Shown here piece after piece: positions 10,564 through 20,221 of a stretch of DNA of 54,596 bases. The position numbers and the translations under genes were made by a program. The DNA comes from Nitrospirae bacterium MYbin3 (GTDB lineage: Bacteria; Nitrospirota; Thermodesulfovibrionia; Thermodesulfovibrionales; Dissulfurispiraceae): positions 1-54,596 of the forward strand of contig PEAD01000021.1 of NCBI GenBank assembly GCA_002753335.1, in the 5' to 3' direction. The number at the start of each line of letters is the position of its first letter. The stretch's first letter is position 1. The notes beneath the pieces were generated by a model. It made no database searches, was not told the origin of the DNA, and saw only the letters and a program-made list of their open reading frames with translations.

Positions 10564-12481
10564 CAAAACCTTATCAACCATAGCGGCCGCGGTATTTCTC
10601 CTTGCGGTTTGGGGTATATGTACAAAACTGCATGCCGAAATTAATAATGATGATGCGCTTTATCTTAAGAAGGGCAAAGCAAATCTCGAAAGCCGCAATT
10701 ACGAACAAGCCATATCAAATCTTACCTCTGCGTTCGAAAAAATTCCTCTGCTCGGAGATTATGCTCTCTTATGGCGCGCCGCTGCCTTAGAAAGCAAGAG
10801 CGATATTAATGCAGCTCTTGCGGACATTGCTTTATTAAAAGACCGGTATAAAGATTCCCCCTTGATTAAATCGGCAAGAGCAAAAGAAATCTCTCTGCTT
10901 AAAAACAAAAAAGATCCCAAAATCGCCAAAGCTTTTCAGGAGTATTTATCCGACTATCCCTCAGACACCGCCCTGAAGCTGCAATACGCCGATTACCTGA
11001 AGCAAAACGGTGAGAAAGAACATGCAAAGAAGCTGTTTCTCCAGATTTATATTGCCGCGGCAGGCTATTCTAAAAATGCATTGGAAGCGTTGGCTCCCTC
11101 GGATATAACGGCTGAAGACCTGTTCAAGAGGTGTGAAAACTTAAAGAAGTCCTGGTATTTTGAGGAGTCTGAGCGCTGCTTTAAAGAAGTCCTGCAAAAA
11201 GACAGCGCTAAAAAATTAAACCGCGACGCAACCGATGGTCTGGCCTATTCTCTCTTTAGGCAAAAACGATATGGAGAGGCGTTAAAGATATACAAAGAGA
11301 CCGGCAACAGATACTGGCGCGCCAGAACAGCTTTCAGAACAGGAGACTTTGAGACATTCAGTTCTGACCTTAACTCGCTTTTAAAATCGGGCGACAACAA
11401 GGCAGGGCAGCTTGTTTTAGCGTACGCTGCAAGCAAAAGACGCTCAGGCGATAGTGAAGGCTCGATCAAGCTTCTCAATGAAGCGATTGGATATTTCCCT
11501 TCGATGAAAGAGGAGATCCTCTGGGCAAAGGCCTGGACCTATTTCCGCGACAAGGACTGCAAAAGCGCGTCCGAACTATTTTCACAGCTTTACAAATCGC
11601 ATGGTGACTCTAAATACCTGTACTGGAAAAATAGATGCTCAGAAAATCAGGACAGCAATGATGCCGTAAAAACCCAGAAAATCCATTACAGGGATTTTTA
11701 TGCATACCTTCTCGACCTGAAAAAAAACAAGAAGCCTGAGGCTGTTGAAAAAGAACCGATGAAGGTAGCGATCAACTCGAATGCAGCCGATAGAATAGAC
11801 ATGCTGACAAGGCTAGGTTTCACAAATGAGGCCACGTCAGAGCTGCTTCACCTTTCTAAAAAAAATCCGGACAACGCTCTCCTGATTTATACAAGCTCTT
11901 ATCTCGCAAAGCTGGGAAGCTACAAAGCTTCTGTAGGCCTTATATCAAAAGTCCCATACACACAGGATTTGCATCAGCTTTATTATCCGCTCGCCTATTG
12001 GCAGGAGCTTGAAGAGGAAGGCAGGGCAAATGAAATCGATCCTCTGCTTGTGCTCTCTGTTATGCGTGAAGAATCAAGATATGACAACGAGGCACGCTCG
12101 ATAGCAGGCGCACTGGGGCTGCTTCAGCTCATGCCGCAGACTGCGCAGCGTGTGGGAAAAGGTTTAAAGGTAAGCCTTAAACACAACAATGACCTTTATA
12201 ATCCCAAAACAAACATTGCTATAGGAAGCCGCTATCTGAAGAGCGTAATTCAGCGATTCGGCTCTCTGCCTGCCGCAATCGCGGCTTACAACGCCGGCGA
12301 AGAAGCTGTTTCAGGATGGCTGAAGAAAGGCTCATACAACGGCATTGACGAATTTATAGAAGATATTCCATACGACGAAACAAGGAACTATGTTAAGAGG
12401 GTGCTTACCACATATTTTGAATACATGCGCCTTCGCGATACCGATATCTCTGCCATTTCGAAAAATATGGGCAAGCTTTAA
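10538..12481 (+). CDS. Soluble lytic murein transglycosylase (Slt70-like, TPR + SLT domain)
   Basis: N-terminal signal/TM segment, TPR-like helices, SLT motifs MREES, GALGLLQLMP, AAYNAG, ETRNYV. ATG 10538 preferred over TTG 10529. Overlaps the aroC end. Confidence 0.92.
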   Translation: MKSSSKAFNKTLSTIAAAVFLLAVWGICTKLHAEINNDDALYLKKGKANLESRNYEQAISNLTSAFEKIPLLGDYALLWRAAALESKSDINAALADIALLKDRYKDSPLIKSARAKEISLLKNKKDPKIAKAFQEYLSDYPSDTALKLQYADYLKQNGEKEHAKKLFLQIYIAAAGYSKNALEALAPSDITAEDLFKRCENLKKSWYFEESERCFKEVLQKDSAKKLNRDATDGLAYSLFRQKRYGEALKIYKETGNRYWRARTAFRTGDFETFSSDLNSLLKSGDNKAGQLVLAYAASKRRSGDSEGSIKLLNEAIGYFPSMKEEILWAKAWTYFRDKDCKSASELFSQLYKSHGDSKYLYWKNRCSENQDSNDAVKTQKIHYRDFYAYLLDLKKNKKPEAVEKEPMKVAINSNAADRIDMLTRLGFTNEATSELLHLSKKNPDNALLIYTSSYLAKLGSYKASVGLISKVPYTQDLHQLYYPLAYWQELEEEGRANEIDPLLVLSVMREESRYDNEARSIAGALGLLQLMPQTAQRVGKGLKVSLKHNNDLYNPKTNIAIGSRYLKSVIQRFGSLPAAIAAYNAGEEAVSGWLKKGSYNGIDEFIEDIPYDETRNYVKRVLTTYFEYMRLRDTDISAISKNMGKL

Positions 12482-13479
12482 AGCGGCAGATATGCCTTCG
12501 GATTTAAATCCAGACTAGCAAGATTGCCAGACTTGAAATGGTGCAGGCCGGCTGCAGCTATCATGGCAGCGTTGTCTGTGCATAAAGCTATAGAAGGCAT
12601 AAACAGTTCAATTCCCCGCTCACCCGCCATTTCTGACATCTTCTTCCTCAGTCCGTTGTTTGCCGAAACCCCGCCAGAAAGCACAACTCTTTTGATGTCT
12701 TTCTTGACTATAGCCCACTCAACCTTGCGTACGAGCACATCGACTACCGCAGATTGAAATGAGGCCGCAATATCCGCAATTATGGCCCGGTTCGAAATAT
12801 CTTTGGAATGTTTTGAAACCTCAAGCCTGACCGCATTTTTCAATCCGCTGAAGCTGAAATCAAACGACTCAGGGAGATATGCCCGTGGAAAATCAAATGT
12901 GCGGGCATTGCCCTCATGCGCAAGCTTGTCAATTATCGGACCGCCCGGATAGCCGAGGCCGAGAAGCTTCGCCACTTTGTCGTAAGCCTCGCCTGCCGCA
13001 TCATCTCTTGTTCTGCCGAGTTCCGAATACATCCCAAAGCCTTCAACCACATAAAGACTTGTATGGCCGCCGGAAGCTATCAAGGCCAAGAATGGGAATT
13101 CAGGCTTGTTATTATCTAGGAAAGCTGAAAAAATGTGGCCTTCAAGATGATTCACCGCAATGAGCGGAATCCCTTTTGCATATGCGATAGCCTTGGCAAA
13201 CCCGCAGCCTATAAGCAACGAGCCTATCAGCCCTGGTCCGTAGCATACTGATAGCGCAGTAATATCATCAAGCTTTAGGCATGCTTTACTCAAAGCCTCA
13301 TCCACAACGGGCCATATCATCTCGATATGTTTTCTTGATGCAAGCTCAGGAACTATACCGCCGTATTTTTTGTGGATTTCGGTCTGCGATGATACTATGT
13401 TAGAAATAATAGTATAACTTTCATCTACGACAGACGCAGAAGTATCGTCGCAAGAACTGTCTATCCCGAGGATGTGCAT
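12478..13479 (-). CDS. tsaD: tRNA N6-threonylcarbamoyladenosine transferase TsaD
   Basis: LGIDSSCDD, GGIVPELASRKH, NHLEGH, SGGHT, DDAAGEAYDK, TDNAAMI. Confidence 0.98.
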   Translation of the reverse strand: MHILGIDSSCDDTSASVVDESYTIISNIVSSQTEIHKKYGGIVPELASRKHIEMIWPVVDEALSKACLKLDDITALSVCYGPGLIGSLLIGCGFAKAIAYAKGIPLIAVNHLEGHIFSAFLDNNKPEFPFLALIASGGHTSLYVVEGFGMYSELGRTRDDAAGEAYDKVAKLLGLGYPGGPIIDKLAHEGNARTFDFPRAYLPESFDFSFSGLKNAVRLEVSKHSKDISNRAIIADIAASFQSAVVDVLVRKVEWAIVKKDIKRVVLSGGVSANNGLRKKMSEMAGERGIELFMPSIALCTDNAAMIAAAGLHHFKSGNLASLDLNPKAYLPL

Positions 13480-13500
13480 TAAAGGGATTGCAGCGCTTTG

Positions 13501-14592
13501 TTAACCGCCGCCGCCGTATGAATGCAGTCCGCTCAAAAGAAGATTAACGCCGAGATACGTGAAGATCGTGCTGACAAAGCCGAGCACAGAAACCGCAGCT
13601 ATCTTGTCGCCCCTCCATCCTTTGAGAAACCGCGCATGCAGAAAGAATGCATAAACAAACCAGGTGATAAGGGACCATGTTTCTTTGGGGTCCCAGCTCC
13701 AGTATTTCCCCCATGCCTGATCAGCCCATATCGCTCCGAAAATAAGCCCTCCGAGAGTAAACACAGGAAAGCCTACCGCAATGGTTTTGTAAACCAGATC
13801 GTCCAGCATGTCCTGAGAAATATCAAAAGAGCCGATAATCTTTTTCAAAACCTTGCCGTATTTCCATACCCCAAAAACAAAGCCGGCAAGCGAAAGATAG
13901 CTGAACAGCACAACAGGAAGGGAGCTGTTCCTGAATGAGGCCTTAAAAAGATGGCTTTTGACGAGCGATTCTGTGGAGTGAGCTCCGACCTTGAATACAA
14001 GGAAATCTATGCCCATAGCAATAAGCACCGCAACAAAAACACCTAGGGTAACGGTCCATGTGATATAAGGCCATTTTTTTTCATCTTCGGACGAAACCGC
14101 AAGAAACATTATTGCTGTGGCAAAAGAAATAGCAAAAGCTGCATAAGCCAAAAAGCTCATAGTGACATGGGCCAGGAGCCAGTTGCTCTGAAGCGCAGGA
14201 ATAAGCGGATGGATATTCTTATCCATGCCTGAGATGTCGATAAAAGCCAGCACCATTCCTGCAATAGGCGTTATAAAAGCGCCAAAAGAGCGGTTCTTGT
14301 ATTTCCATTCAATAAGAAGGTAGCCGAGAATAATGCACCATACGAAAAACACGAGTGATTCGTAAAGGTTTGTCAAAGGTATGGCGCGCAGGATGCTGCC
14401 CAACTGTGCAAGATCGTAAAACTCCTTGCCCCTCATAAAGAAAGCTAGGGTTTGAGACACAAAGCCAACCGCAGTTATAGTAGTAGCAACCAAACCTACG
14501 GTCGAATTCCTGAATACGAGATAAGCGATGTATGTTACCATCGCAAGGATATAGGCAATACTTGATATGCCAAAAAATTGTGAACTGTCCAT
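13501..14592 (-). CDS. ccsB: System II cytochrome c biogenesis protein CcsB/ResC (CcsA family, WWD domain)
   Basis: PALQSNWL..H, WADQAWGKYWSWDPKETW, terminal GLHSYG. Confidence 0.95.
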   Translation of the reverse strand: MDSSQFFGISSIAYILAMVTYIAYLVFRNSTVGLVATTITAVGFVSQTLAFFMRGKEFYDLAQLGSILRAIPLTNLYESLVFFVWCIILGYLLIEWKYKNRSFGAFITPIAGMVLAFIDISGMDKNIHPLIPALQSNWLLAHVTMSFLAYAAFAISFATAIMFLAVSSEDEKKWPYITWTVTLGVFVAVLIAMGIDFLVFKVGAHSTESLVKSHLFKASFRNSSLPVVLFSYLSLAGFVFGVWKYGKVLKKIIGSFDISQDMLDDLVYKTIAVGFPVFTLGGLIFGAIWADQAWGKYWSWDPKETWSLITWFVYAFFLHARFLKGWRGDKIAAVSVLGFVSTIFTYLGVNLLLSGLHSYGGGG

Positions 14593-14603
14593 GAGAGCCT
14601 CCT

Positions 14604-16034
14604 CTATTGCTTGTCGCTGACAGTCTTGATAAGACGGTCTATCTTGCCTTCCAGAGAGACCCTGTTCTTATTGGCTGTTGCAGCAACAAAAACCTTCGTG
14701 TTATTTTTTTCTTCTCTTATAAGTATCCATATTTTTGAGTGGCTCATGAAAAATGCGGCGTAAAGACCCAACGCCATCACAAGACATCCTAAATACACTA
14801 CCCATACGCCTGGGTCTTTTCTAACCTGAAGTCCGGTATATTGGGCTCCCCAAAGGTCTTTAAATTCTATCACCCCGTCCGCAACATTCCACGTATTAGG
14901 AAATCTTTTCAGCAGCCATTGCGTATATTTTGGCTTGCCGTTTTCTGAGAATTCTATAAGCACGGCAGGATTGTGCATCTGCTCCGCATACGTATAGAGT
15001 TTGCCGGACTTGTCAACGCCTATAGCAGGGCTGAAGTCCAGCACCTTGCCGACCACCTGCGTGCCGGGTATTGTAAAGGTGCCGCCGAATTTAAGGCGAA
15101 CATCATCTTTCTTGCCGTCACGCGACATTATGCCGAGCCGGAACTCAGAATCTTTGTTTGGAGAAAACCCGTAGCTTGATTGATAGAATGTAATGCCCTT
15201 GTATTTTAGAGGGGTGTTCACCTCTATCTCGGTAACCTCCTTGCCGTCAATCTTCACAGGCTTGCCGTTTTCAAAAATCAGAAGCCTGCTGCGGAAAGAT
15301 TTTGGGGTGTCCGAATTGTCATAGTATAGAACATCGAAATCCTCGCAGGCTATCGAAAAACCGAGAGGTATCTCTTTGCCCGTTCTAAGATAGGCAACAG
15401 ACGATTCCGTGCCTTCTAGCAGGTTCAAAGAAGCGTTAAATCCGCCAAAAACACCTATTATAGCCCCGGCAAATATAAGCAGGATGCTGAAATGGGTAAC
15501 ATATACTCCAAGCCTGCTGTATCTGCCGTTTTCTGCGCAAAGCTGAATTCCCTCAGCTTCATTGCTGACGGCAGGGACATAGCCCGCTTTTTTTACCGCC
15601 GATTCAACAAGCGGAAGAACTTTGTCTGTTTTCCCTTTTATTACCACTTCCCTCTTGATTTGCATGGATGAAAAACCTGAAGCGGCAAGGGGTTTGATCG
15701 GGTTCTTGACAAGCTTTAAAATTCCGGGGAGCCTTTCAAGAGAACAGATAATCAGGTTAGCGGCAAAAATAAACAGAAAGGTTACAAACCACCAAGAATG
15801 AAACATGTTGGTAAATCCTAATGCGTCAAGAAATCTGAATGCACTGGGGGCAGAATCTCCAAAAAACTTGGCCAGCAATTTTATGTTCTTTTCGGGCTCC
15901 GCATCCTGCTCCACTATAGTTCCCACGATAGATGTTAGGGAAATAAGGGTAAAAACAACTACGGCCAATTTTATGGAGGCAAAAAAGCTCCATATTTTAT
16001 CCACCGATTTTTTTTCTTTCTCAATGCTTTCCAC
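14604..16034 (-). CDS. resB: System II cytochrome c biogenesis protein ResB
   Basis: WSFFAS.KLA, F.SWWF, LI.CS..R, G.YVTH, VNTPL.Y.G..FYQSS, KDPG.WVVY.G. GTG start with AAGGAG SD. Confidence 0.95.
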   Translation of the reverse strand: MESIEKEKKSVDKIWSFFASIKLAVVVFTLISLTSIVGTIVEQDAEPEKNIKLLAKFFGDSAPSAFRFLDALGFTNMFHSWWFVTFLFIFAANLIICSLERLPGILKLVKNPIKPLAASGFSSMQIKREVVIKGKTDKVLPLVESAVKKAGYVPAVSNEAEGIQLCAENGRYSRLGVYVTHFSILLIFAGAIIGVFGGFNASLNLLEGTESSVAYLRTGKEIPLGFSIACEDFDVLYYDNSDTPKSFRSRLLIFENGKPVKIDGKEVTEIEVNTPLKYKGITFYQSSYGFSPNKDSEFRLGIMSRDGKKDDVRLKFGGTFTIPGTQVVGKVLDFSPAIGVDKSGKLYTYAEQMHNPAVLIEFSENGKPKYTQWLLKRFPNTWNVADGVIEFKDLWGAQYTGLQVRKDPGVWVVYLGCLVMALGLYAAFFMSHSKIWILIREEKNNTKVFVAATANKNRVSLEGKIDRLIKTVSDKQ

Positions 16035-16127
16035 TTATTTACTCCTTATGCGTGATTTGCTTTTCAGTCGGCACAATTGATTAAAGCAATTATGTACAAC
16101 AGCTTTTTGTCCGATTTTTATCCAGAT

Positions 16128-16157
16128 ATTCTAGCAAAAGCCTGTTGAATCATTCAA
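16128..16157 (-). promoter_or_regulatory. Sigma70-type promoter upstream of resB-ccsB-tsaD
   Basis: Minus strand: TTGAAT, 18 nt, TAGAAT, with an extended -10 TGn. Confidence 0.5.
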
Positions 16158-16176
16158 ACCGGCGAAGGCGATTATG

Positions 16177-18012
16177 TTAGACTGCCGACTCGAAGGGGAT
16201 AAAAACAGTGAAGACCGATCCCTTGCCTTCGATGCTCTCGACCTCCATCCTTCCCCCGAGCGACTGAGCCGTGGCTTTTACCACCCAGTTTGTAAAGCAT
16301 CCCGGCATATATTTATCAGTATCGAGCATCTGATCGAGAAGCTCCTTTGAAAAACCTCTGCCTGTATCTGCTACCGCAAACCTTAAATATCTGGTATCGT
16401 TCTCTGTGGCTATACCGGCAGTTATCGTAATCGTGCCGATATCCGTATTTAGTACCGCCTCTGTTGCAAGCGCTTTTACCATGTAATAAATACTGTCTTT
16501 ATCCATCTTCAATGATTGAGGAACGCTGTTTTCGCAATCCACCACCAGAACTATTTCTTTAGATCCTATCAGCCTGCTGATTTCATCCTCAACTTTTTTC
16601 AGTTCTTTTGCAGGCTCAAATTCTGAGGAGGAAGAACCTGAGATGCCGTTTCCAAATCTTGCTAAAGCTATTAAATCATCCGCAGCTACCAGCAGCCTGT
16701 TTGCGTCTTCAGCGATATTCTGCAGCTCCGCATTCGGCGCAGCGCCTGCAGATATGGCCGACTCTATGTCAGAGGCAATGCGTGCAAGAGGCTCCTTAAT
16801 CTCTTTGTATATGCATACTTCGGATATGCTTGAAGCAGAAACATGTTTTTCTGCAGGCTTTTTCTCCTCTTCTTTGTCAGGAACCTTATAATCATTAGAT
16901 AAAAGTTTCTCTCGCTCCGTAAAATAACTTACAGCATCTTCAAATGCAATTCTAAGTTCGGCCAACTCTCCCTTATATTTGAGGTCTAAATACAGGCCGC
17001 TCTCGCCTGAGGATGCGGCATTGACATAAGTAGTAAGTTCGGCCACAGGCTTTGAGACCAGCCGTGGAGCGGTATAAGCGGCCTGAATGATCAGTACGAC
17101 CGCTATAAGAAGCGCACAAGAACAATAAAGTGCAAACAGAAAGTTAATAGGAGCTTTGGCCTCGACTTCTTCGACCGTTCCTATAAGTCTGAACTGGCCA
17201 TCTTCAAGGCTTGCGCAATAAAAAAAGGTTCCTGCCTTCTGTCTTACAGGCTCATCTTTCTGGGCTGCCGGGACATTGTATTTAATCTTGGCCGAAGGAA
17301 CACCGTCCCTGCTTAAAATCACATTACCCTCGCCGTCTATCAACTCAACCTTTCCTGTTCTGTAAACGCCTTTTTCGATCTTCATGATCGAGACGAGTTC
17401 TTTTGCATCCGCAACCGCATAGATTATCCCGTCAACGGTATTGTTGTCAGCCTGAAACACAGAAACCAATTCGGCGCTGTTGCCCCCTTCTGATGATATA
17501 CGTAAAAACGCAGGCGATTTTTTGACCGCCGAGATTCCCTTGTAAAAATCCCTGTCTGACCAGTCTGCACCCACTGCTTCCTGTTTGCTGCCGGCAAAGA
17601 CCCTTCCGTCTTTTGAGATTACTGCAAGCATCCTGTATCTTCCGGAGGCAACTTTGCCGGCAAGCATTGCAGAAAGGTCGGCAGAAATATTTTGCCTTTC
17701 CTGATCCGCTTTGCGCCGTTTAAGTGGAGGCAGCTTGTCAAAAGCTGCATTCATTACCCTTGAGGCTTCTTTGACAGCCGGTGTTTCTGAAAGGTTGGTG
17801 ATATCATTTTTATAAAACTCAACCCAGGAGTCTGCCGCAAGTTTTTTTTCGGACGTGATATTTACAAGATAGAGCTTGTAGTAATCTTTAAGCACCTGCG
17901 AGTAGTCAAGCCAGTAGAAGGCGGCCCCACCGGCCGCTAAAATCAAAACTACAAATAAAAAAGGCAGTGCGGTCAGGCGTACATGAAGCCTCTTGAAGAA
18001 TGGTGGTCTCAT
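16177..18012 (-). CDS. Membrane sensor with Cache-like domain, HAMP and degenerate histidine kinase core (pseudokinase)
   Basis: Two TM segments around an extracytoplasmic domain. G1 VADTGRG and terminal ESIEGKGSVF are retained. H-box reads YKEIKEPL (no His); N-box and G2 are degenerate. Confidence 0.8.
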   Translation of the reverse strand: MRPPFFKRLHVRLTALPFLFVVLILAAGGAAFYWLDYSQVLKDYYKLYLVNITSEKKLAADSWVEFYKNDITNLSETPAVKEASRVMNAAFDKLPPLKRRKADQERQNISADLSAMLAGKVASGRYRMLAVISKDGRVFAGSKQEAVGADWSDRDFYKGISAVKKSPAFLRISSEGGNSAELVSVFQADNNTVDGIIYAVADAKELVSIMKIEKGVYRTGKVELIDGEGNVILSRDGVPSAKIKYNVPAAQKDEPVRQKAGTFFYCASLEDGQFRLIGTVEEVEAKAPINFLFALYCSCALLIAVVLIIQAAYTAPRLVSKPVAELTTYVNAASSGESGLYLDLKYKGELAELRIAFEDAVSYFTEREKLLSNDYKVPDKEEEKKPAEKHVSASSISEVCIYKEIKEPLARIASDIESAISAGAAPNAELQNIAEDANRLLVAADDLIALARFGNGISGSSSSEFEPAKELKKVEDEISRLIGSKEIVLVVDCENSVPQSLKMDKDSIYYMVKALATEAVLNTDIGTITITAGIATENDTRYLRFAVADTGRGFSKELLDQMLDTDKYMPGCFTNWVVKATAQSLGGRMEVESIEGKGSVFTVFIPFESAV

Positions 18013-18065
18013 GGTTAGTTAATCCTCATCAGTAGATAGTTTGTATTTAAACCTGGTTAGTATAT

Positions 18066-20198
18066 CTATTTTTGTTCCAAATTATCACCCAACAGGCGAC
18101 ATACCAGAGACAGAAGTTCTTCTGCCGTAATCGGCTTTCTCATAAAAGCTTCAAGCTGAATATCCGCGGGGATGTCCGAATATCCGGATAGCGCTATCAC
18201 CTTGAGCAGAGGCTCCATCTCGTGCATGCTTTTTATGAGCGTAACCCCGTTCATCTTTGGCATCACAAGGTCGCTTATAACAAGGTCTATCTTTTTGCTG
18301 TTCATCCTGAAGAATACTAGCGCCTCAAGAGGATCGTCAAATGCGACCACATTGAACGAACGCTTCGCCAAGATCGATTTTATGCTTCCTAAAATACTCA
18401 CCTCATCATCTATTACAAGGATGGTTCCGGTTGTTGGGGAATACGTCTGGGTGGTGGTGGTGGCGTCGGCCCTTATAACCTCAGTGCTCGAAGCAGGCAG
18501 GTAAATATTAAAAGTTGTTCCTTTTCCGCTGACGCTCTCTGCAGTTATATATCCTTTATGGTCCTTCACAAGACCGTAAACTATCGAGAGTCCGAGTCCT
18601 GTCCCATGCTCCTTTGTTGTATAGAAAGCCTTGAAGATATTCTTAAGCTGATCTTCTGTCATTCCGCTGCCGGTATCAGACACCCTGATATGCACATAGC
18701 TTCCGGGATTAACGTGGGCGTGGATATCAAGAGAGCCGTAATCGAGCTCAGCCAATTCAGTTGAAACAAAGATTTCGCCGTCGTCCGGTATAGCGTCTCT
18801 GGCATTGATAAGAAGATTCATCATGATCTGCTCGAGTTGGCCCTCATCGCTGTCAGCCGGAGGAATCGAATAATCAAGGCTGTTTTTTATCGAGATCTGT
18901 TTGGGTATGATCCTAGAAACCATCTCGAGAATGTCCTCGATAATATTGTTCACATAGACTGGAGCATACTTCTTGTTCTCTCTCTTGGCATAGGCCAGCA
19001 GCTGCGAAACAACATGCCTCCCTTTATTTACAGAGCTCTCTATAACACGCATGTGGCCAGCAACTTCGGGTGAAATATTGCACATTGATATGACATCAGC
19101 ATATCCCTGAACAACAGAAAGTATATTGCCGAAGTCATGCGCAACCCCGCCGGCAAGTATGCCTATTGACTCCATCTTTTGAGAATGCAGAAGATGAGTC
19201 ATAAGTCTGTTTTTTTCTGTTATATCCCTGTAAAACATCTGAATAAAAACCGTGTTGCCGGACTGGATCGCTTTTGCGCTTACATCAAGTGCGATTTTGT
19301 TTCCGTCTTTTGAGGAGTATTCGGTCTCGAAGACCACGCTTTCTTTGGATAGGATCCTGTTGATCCGCTCCTTCCAAAGAGACCTGTAGTGAGGATCCTC
19401 AAGGCTCGCCACATTCAAGAGCAGCATTTCATCTTTATCTTTTCCAAATATTTCGCAGGCGCGTCGGTTTGCGGTCAGTATCTGGCATTCAAAATTAGTT
19501 ATGACTATGCCGTCAATCGCATTTTCAAAAAGCTCTTTCAGCATAAGCTCTGCATTCTGCAGCTCTTTGACCTGATCGTTGTAAAGCTCGATTATTGTGG
19601 AGGAATATTCTTCAACCTCTTTCTTTTTTTCATCCGATGAATACTGCGCCTCTATCTGTTTCATCAGCCTGTTTCTGCTTAAATAGCCCAGATACAGCAG
19701 TGCAGACAAACATGTGATAAGGAAAAAATTATGTGTGATAAAAAGCTCAGTGTTGGTTATATCTTCAAAAAGCAGTATAGGCAGCAGATAGCCAAGATAT
19801 ATTATGAGGGCAGAGCATAAATTAAAGAGAAAGCTGGAAGGCAGATAATTTATAACACAGATGCCAACGAGTATAAGCCCCACATAATAGGAGGACCTGT
19901 GGCCCCCGAAATCCAGGATCATAAACTCGATAACCATAGAAGAAGCAGTTACGGCGATTATGCCGAGCATATATTTCAACTGTTGGCTGAATGCTCTGGA
20001 AGATAAGAAAGAGATTATTGCAAGGACTAAAAAGGCGGCAACCCTGTATTTCATAAAATTGTAAAAATTATCAGGGGTGGCAAGGTAATCGAGAAAGCCA
20101 AAAACAATAAAAAGGGCCGCGCCTAAGGCGCTTATTCTGCCAAGCCAGACATTGAAAAGATCATCAAGCCGGTCTTTTATATATCGGTCTTTATCCAC
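18066..20198 (-). CDS. Multi-TM PAS hybrid sensor histidine kinase/response regulator
   Basis: About 6 hydrophobic N-terminal helices, PAS (ENAIDGI), H-box AHDFGNIL, NLLINARDA, GTGLGL, C-terminal REC (IDDE...SDLVMP...K). Confidence 0.92.
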   Translation of the reverse strand: MDKDRYIKDRLDDLFNVWLGRISALGAALFIVFGFLDYLATPDNFYNFMKYRVAAFLVLAIISFLSSRAFSQQLKYMLGIIAVTASSMVIEFMILDFGGHRSSYYVGLILVGICVINYLPSSFLFNLCSALIIYLGYLLPILLFEDITNTELFITHNFFLITCLSALLYLGYLSRNRLMKQIEAQYSSDEKKKEVEEYSSTIIELYNDQVKELQNAELMLKELFENAIDGIVITNFECQILTANRRACEIFGKDKDEMLLLNVASLEDPHYRSLWKERINRILSKESVVFETEYSSKDGNKIALDVSAKAIQSGNTVFIQMFYRDITEKNRLMTHLLHSQKMESIGILAGGVAHDFGNILSVVQGYADVISMCNISPEVAGHMRVIESSVNKGRHVVSQLLAYAKRENKKYAPVYVNNIIEDILEMVSRIIPKQISIKNSLDYSIPPADSDEGQLEQIMMNLLINARDAIPDDGEIFVSTELAELDYGSLDIHAHVNPGSYVHIRVSDTGSGMTEDQLKNIFKAFYTTKEHGTGLGLSIVYGLVKDHKGYITAESVSGKGTTFNIYLPASSTEVIRADATTTTQTYSPTTGTILVIDDEVSILGSIKSILAKRSFNVVAFDDPLEALVFFRMNSKKIDLVISDLVMPKMNGVTLIKSMHEMEPLLKVIALSGYSDIPADIQLEAFMRKPITAEELLSLVCRLLGDNLEQK

Positions 20199-20221
20199 GT
20201 TGTTGTTTTACAGCAAGACAG

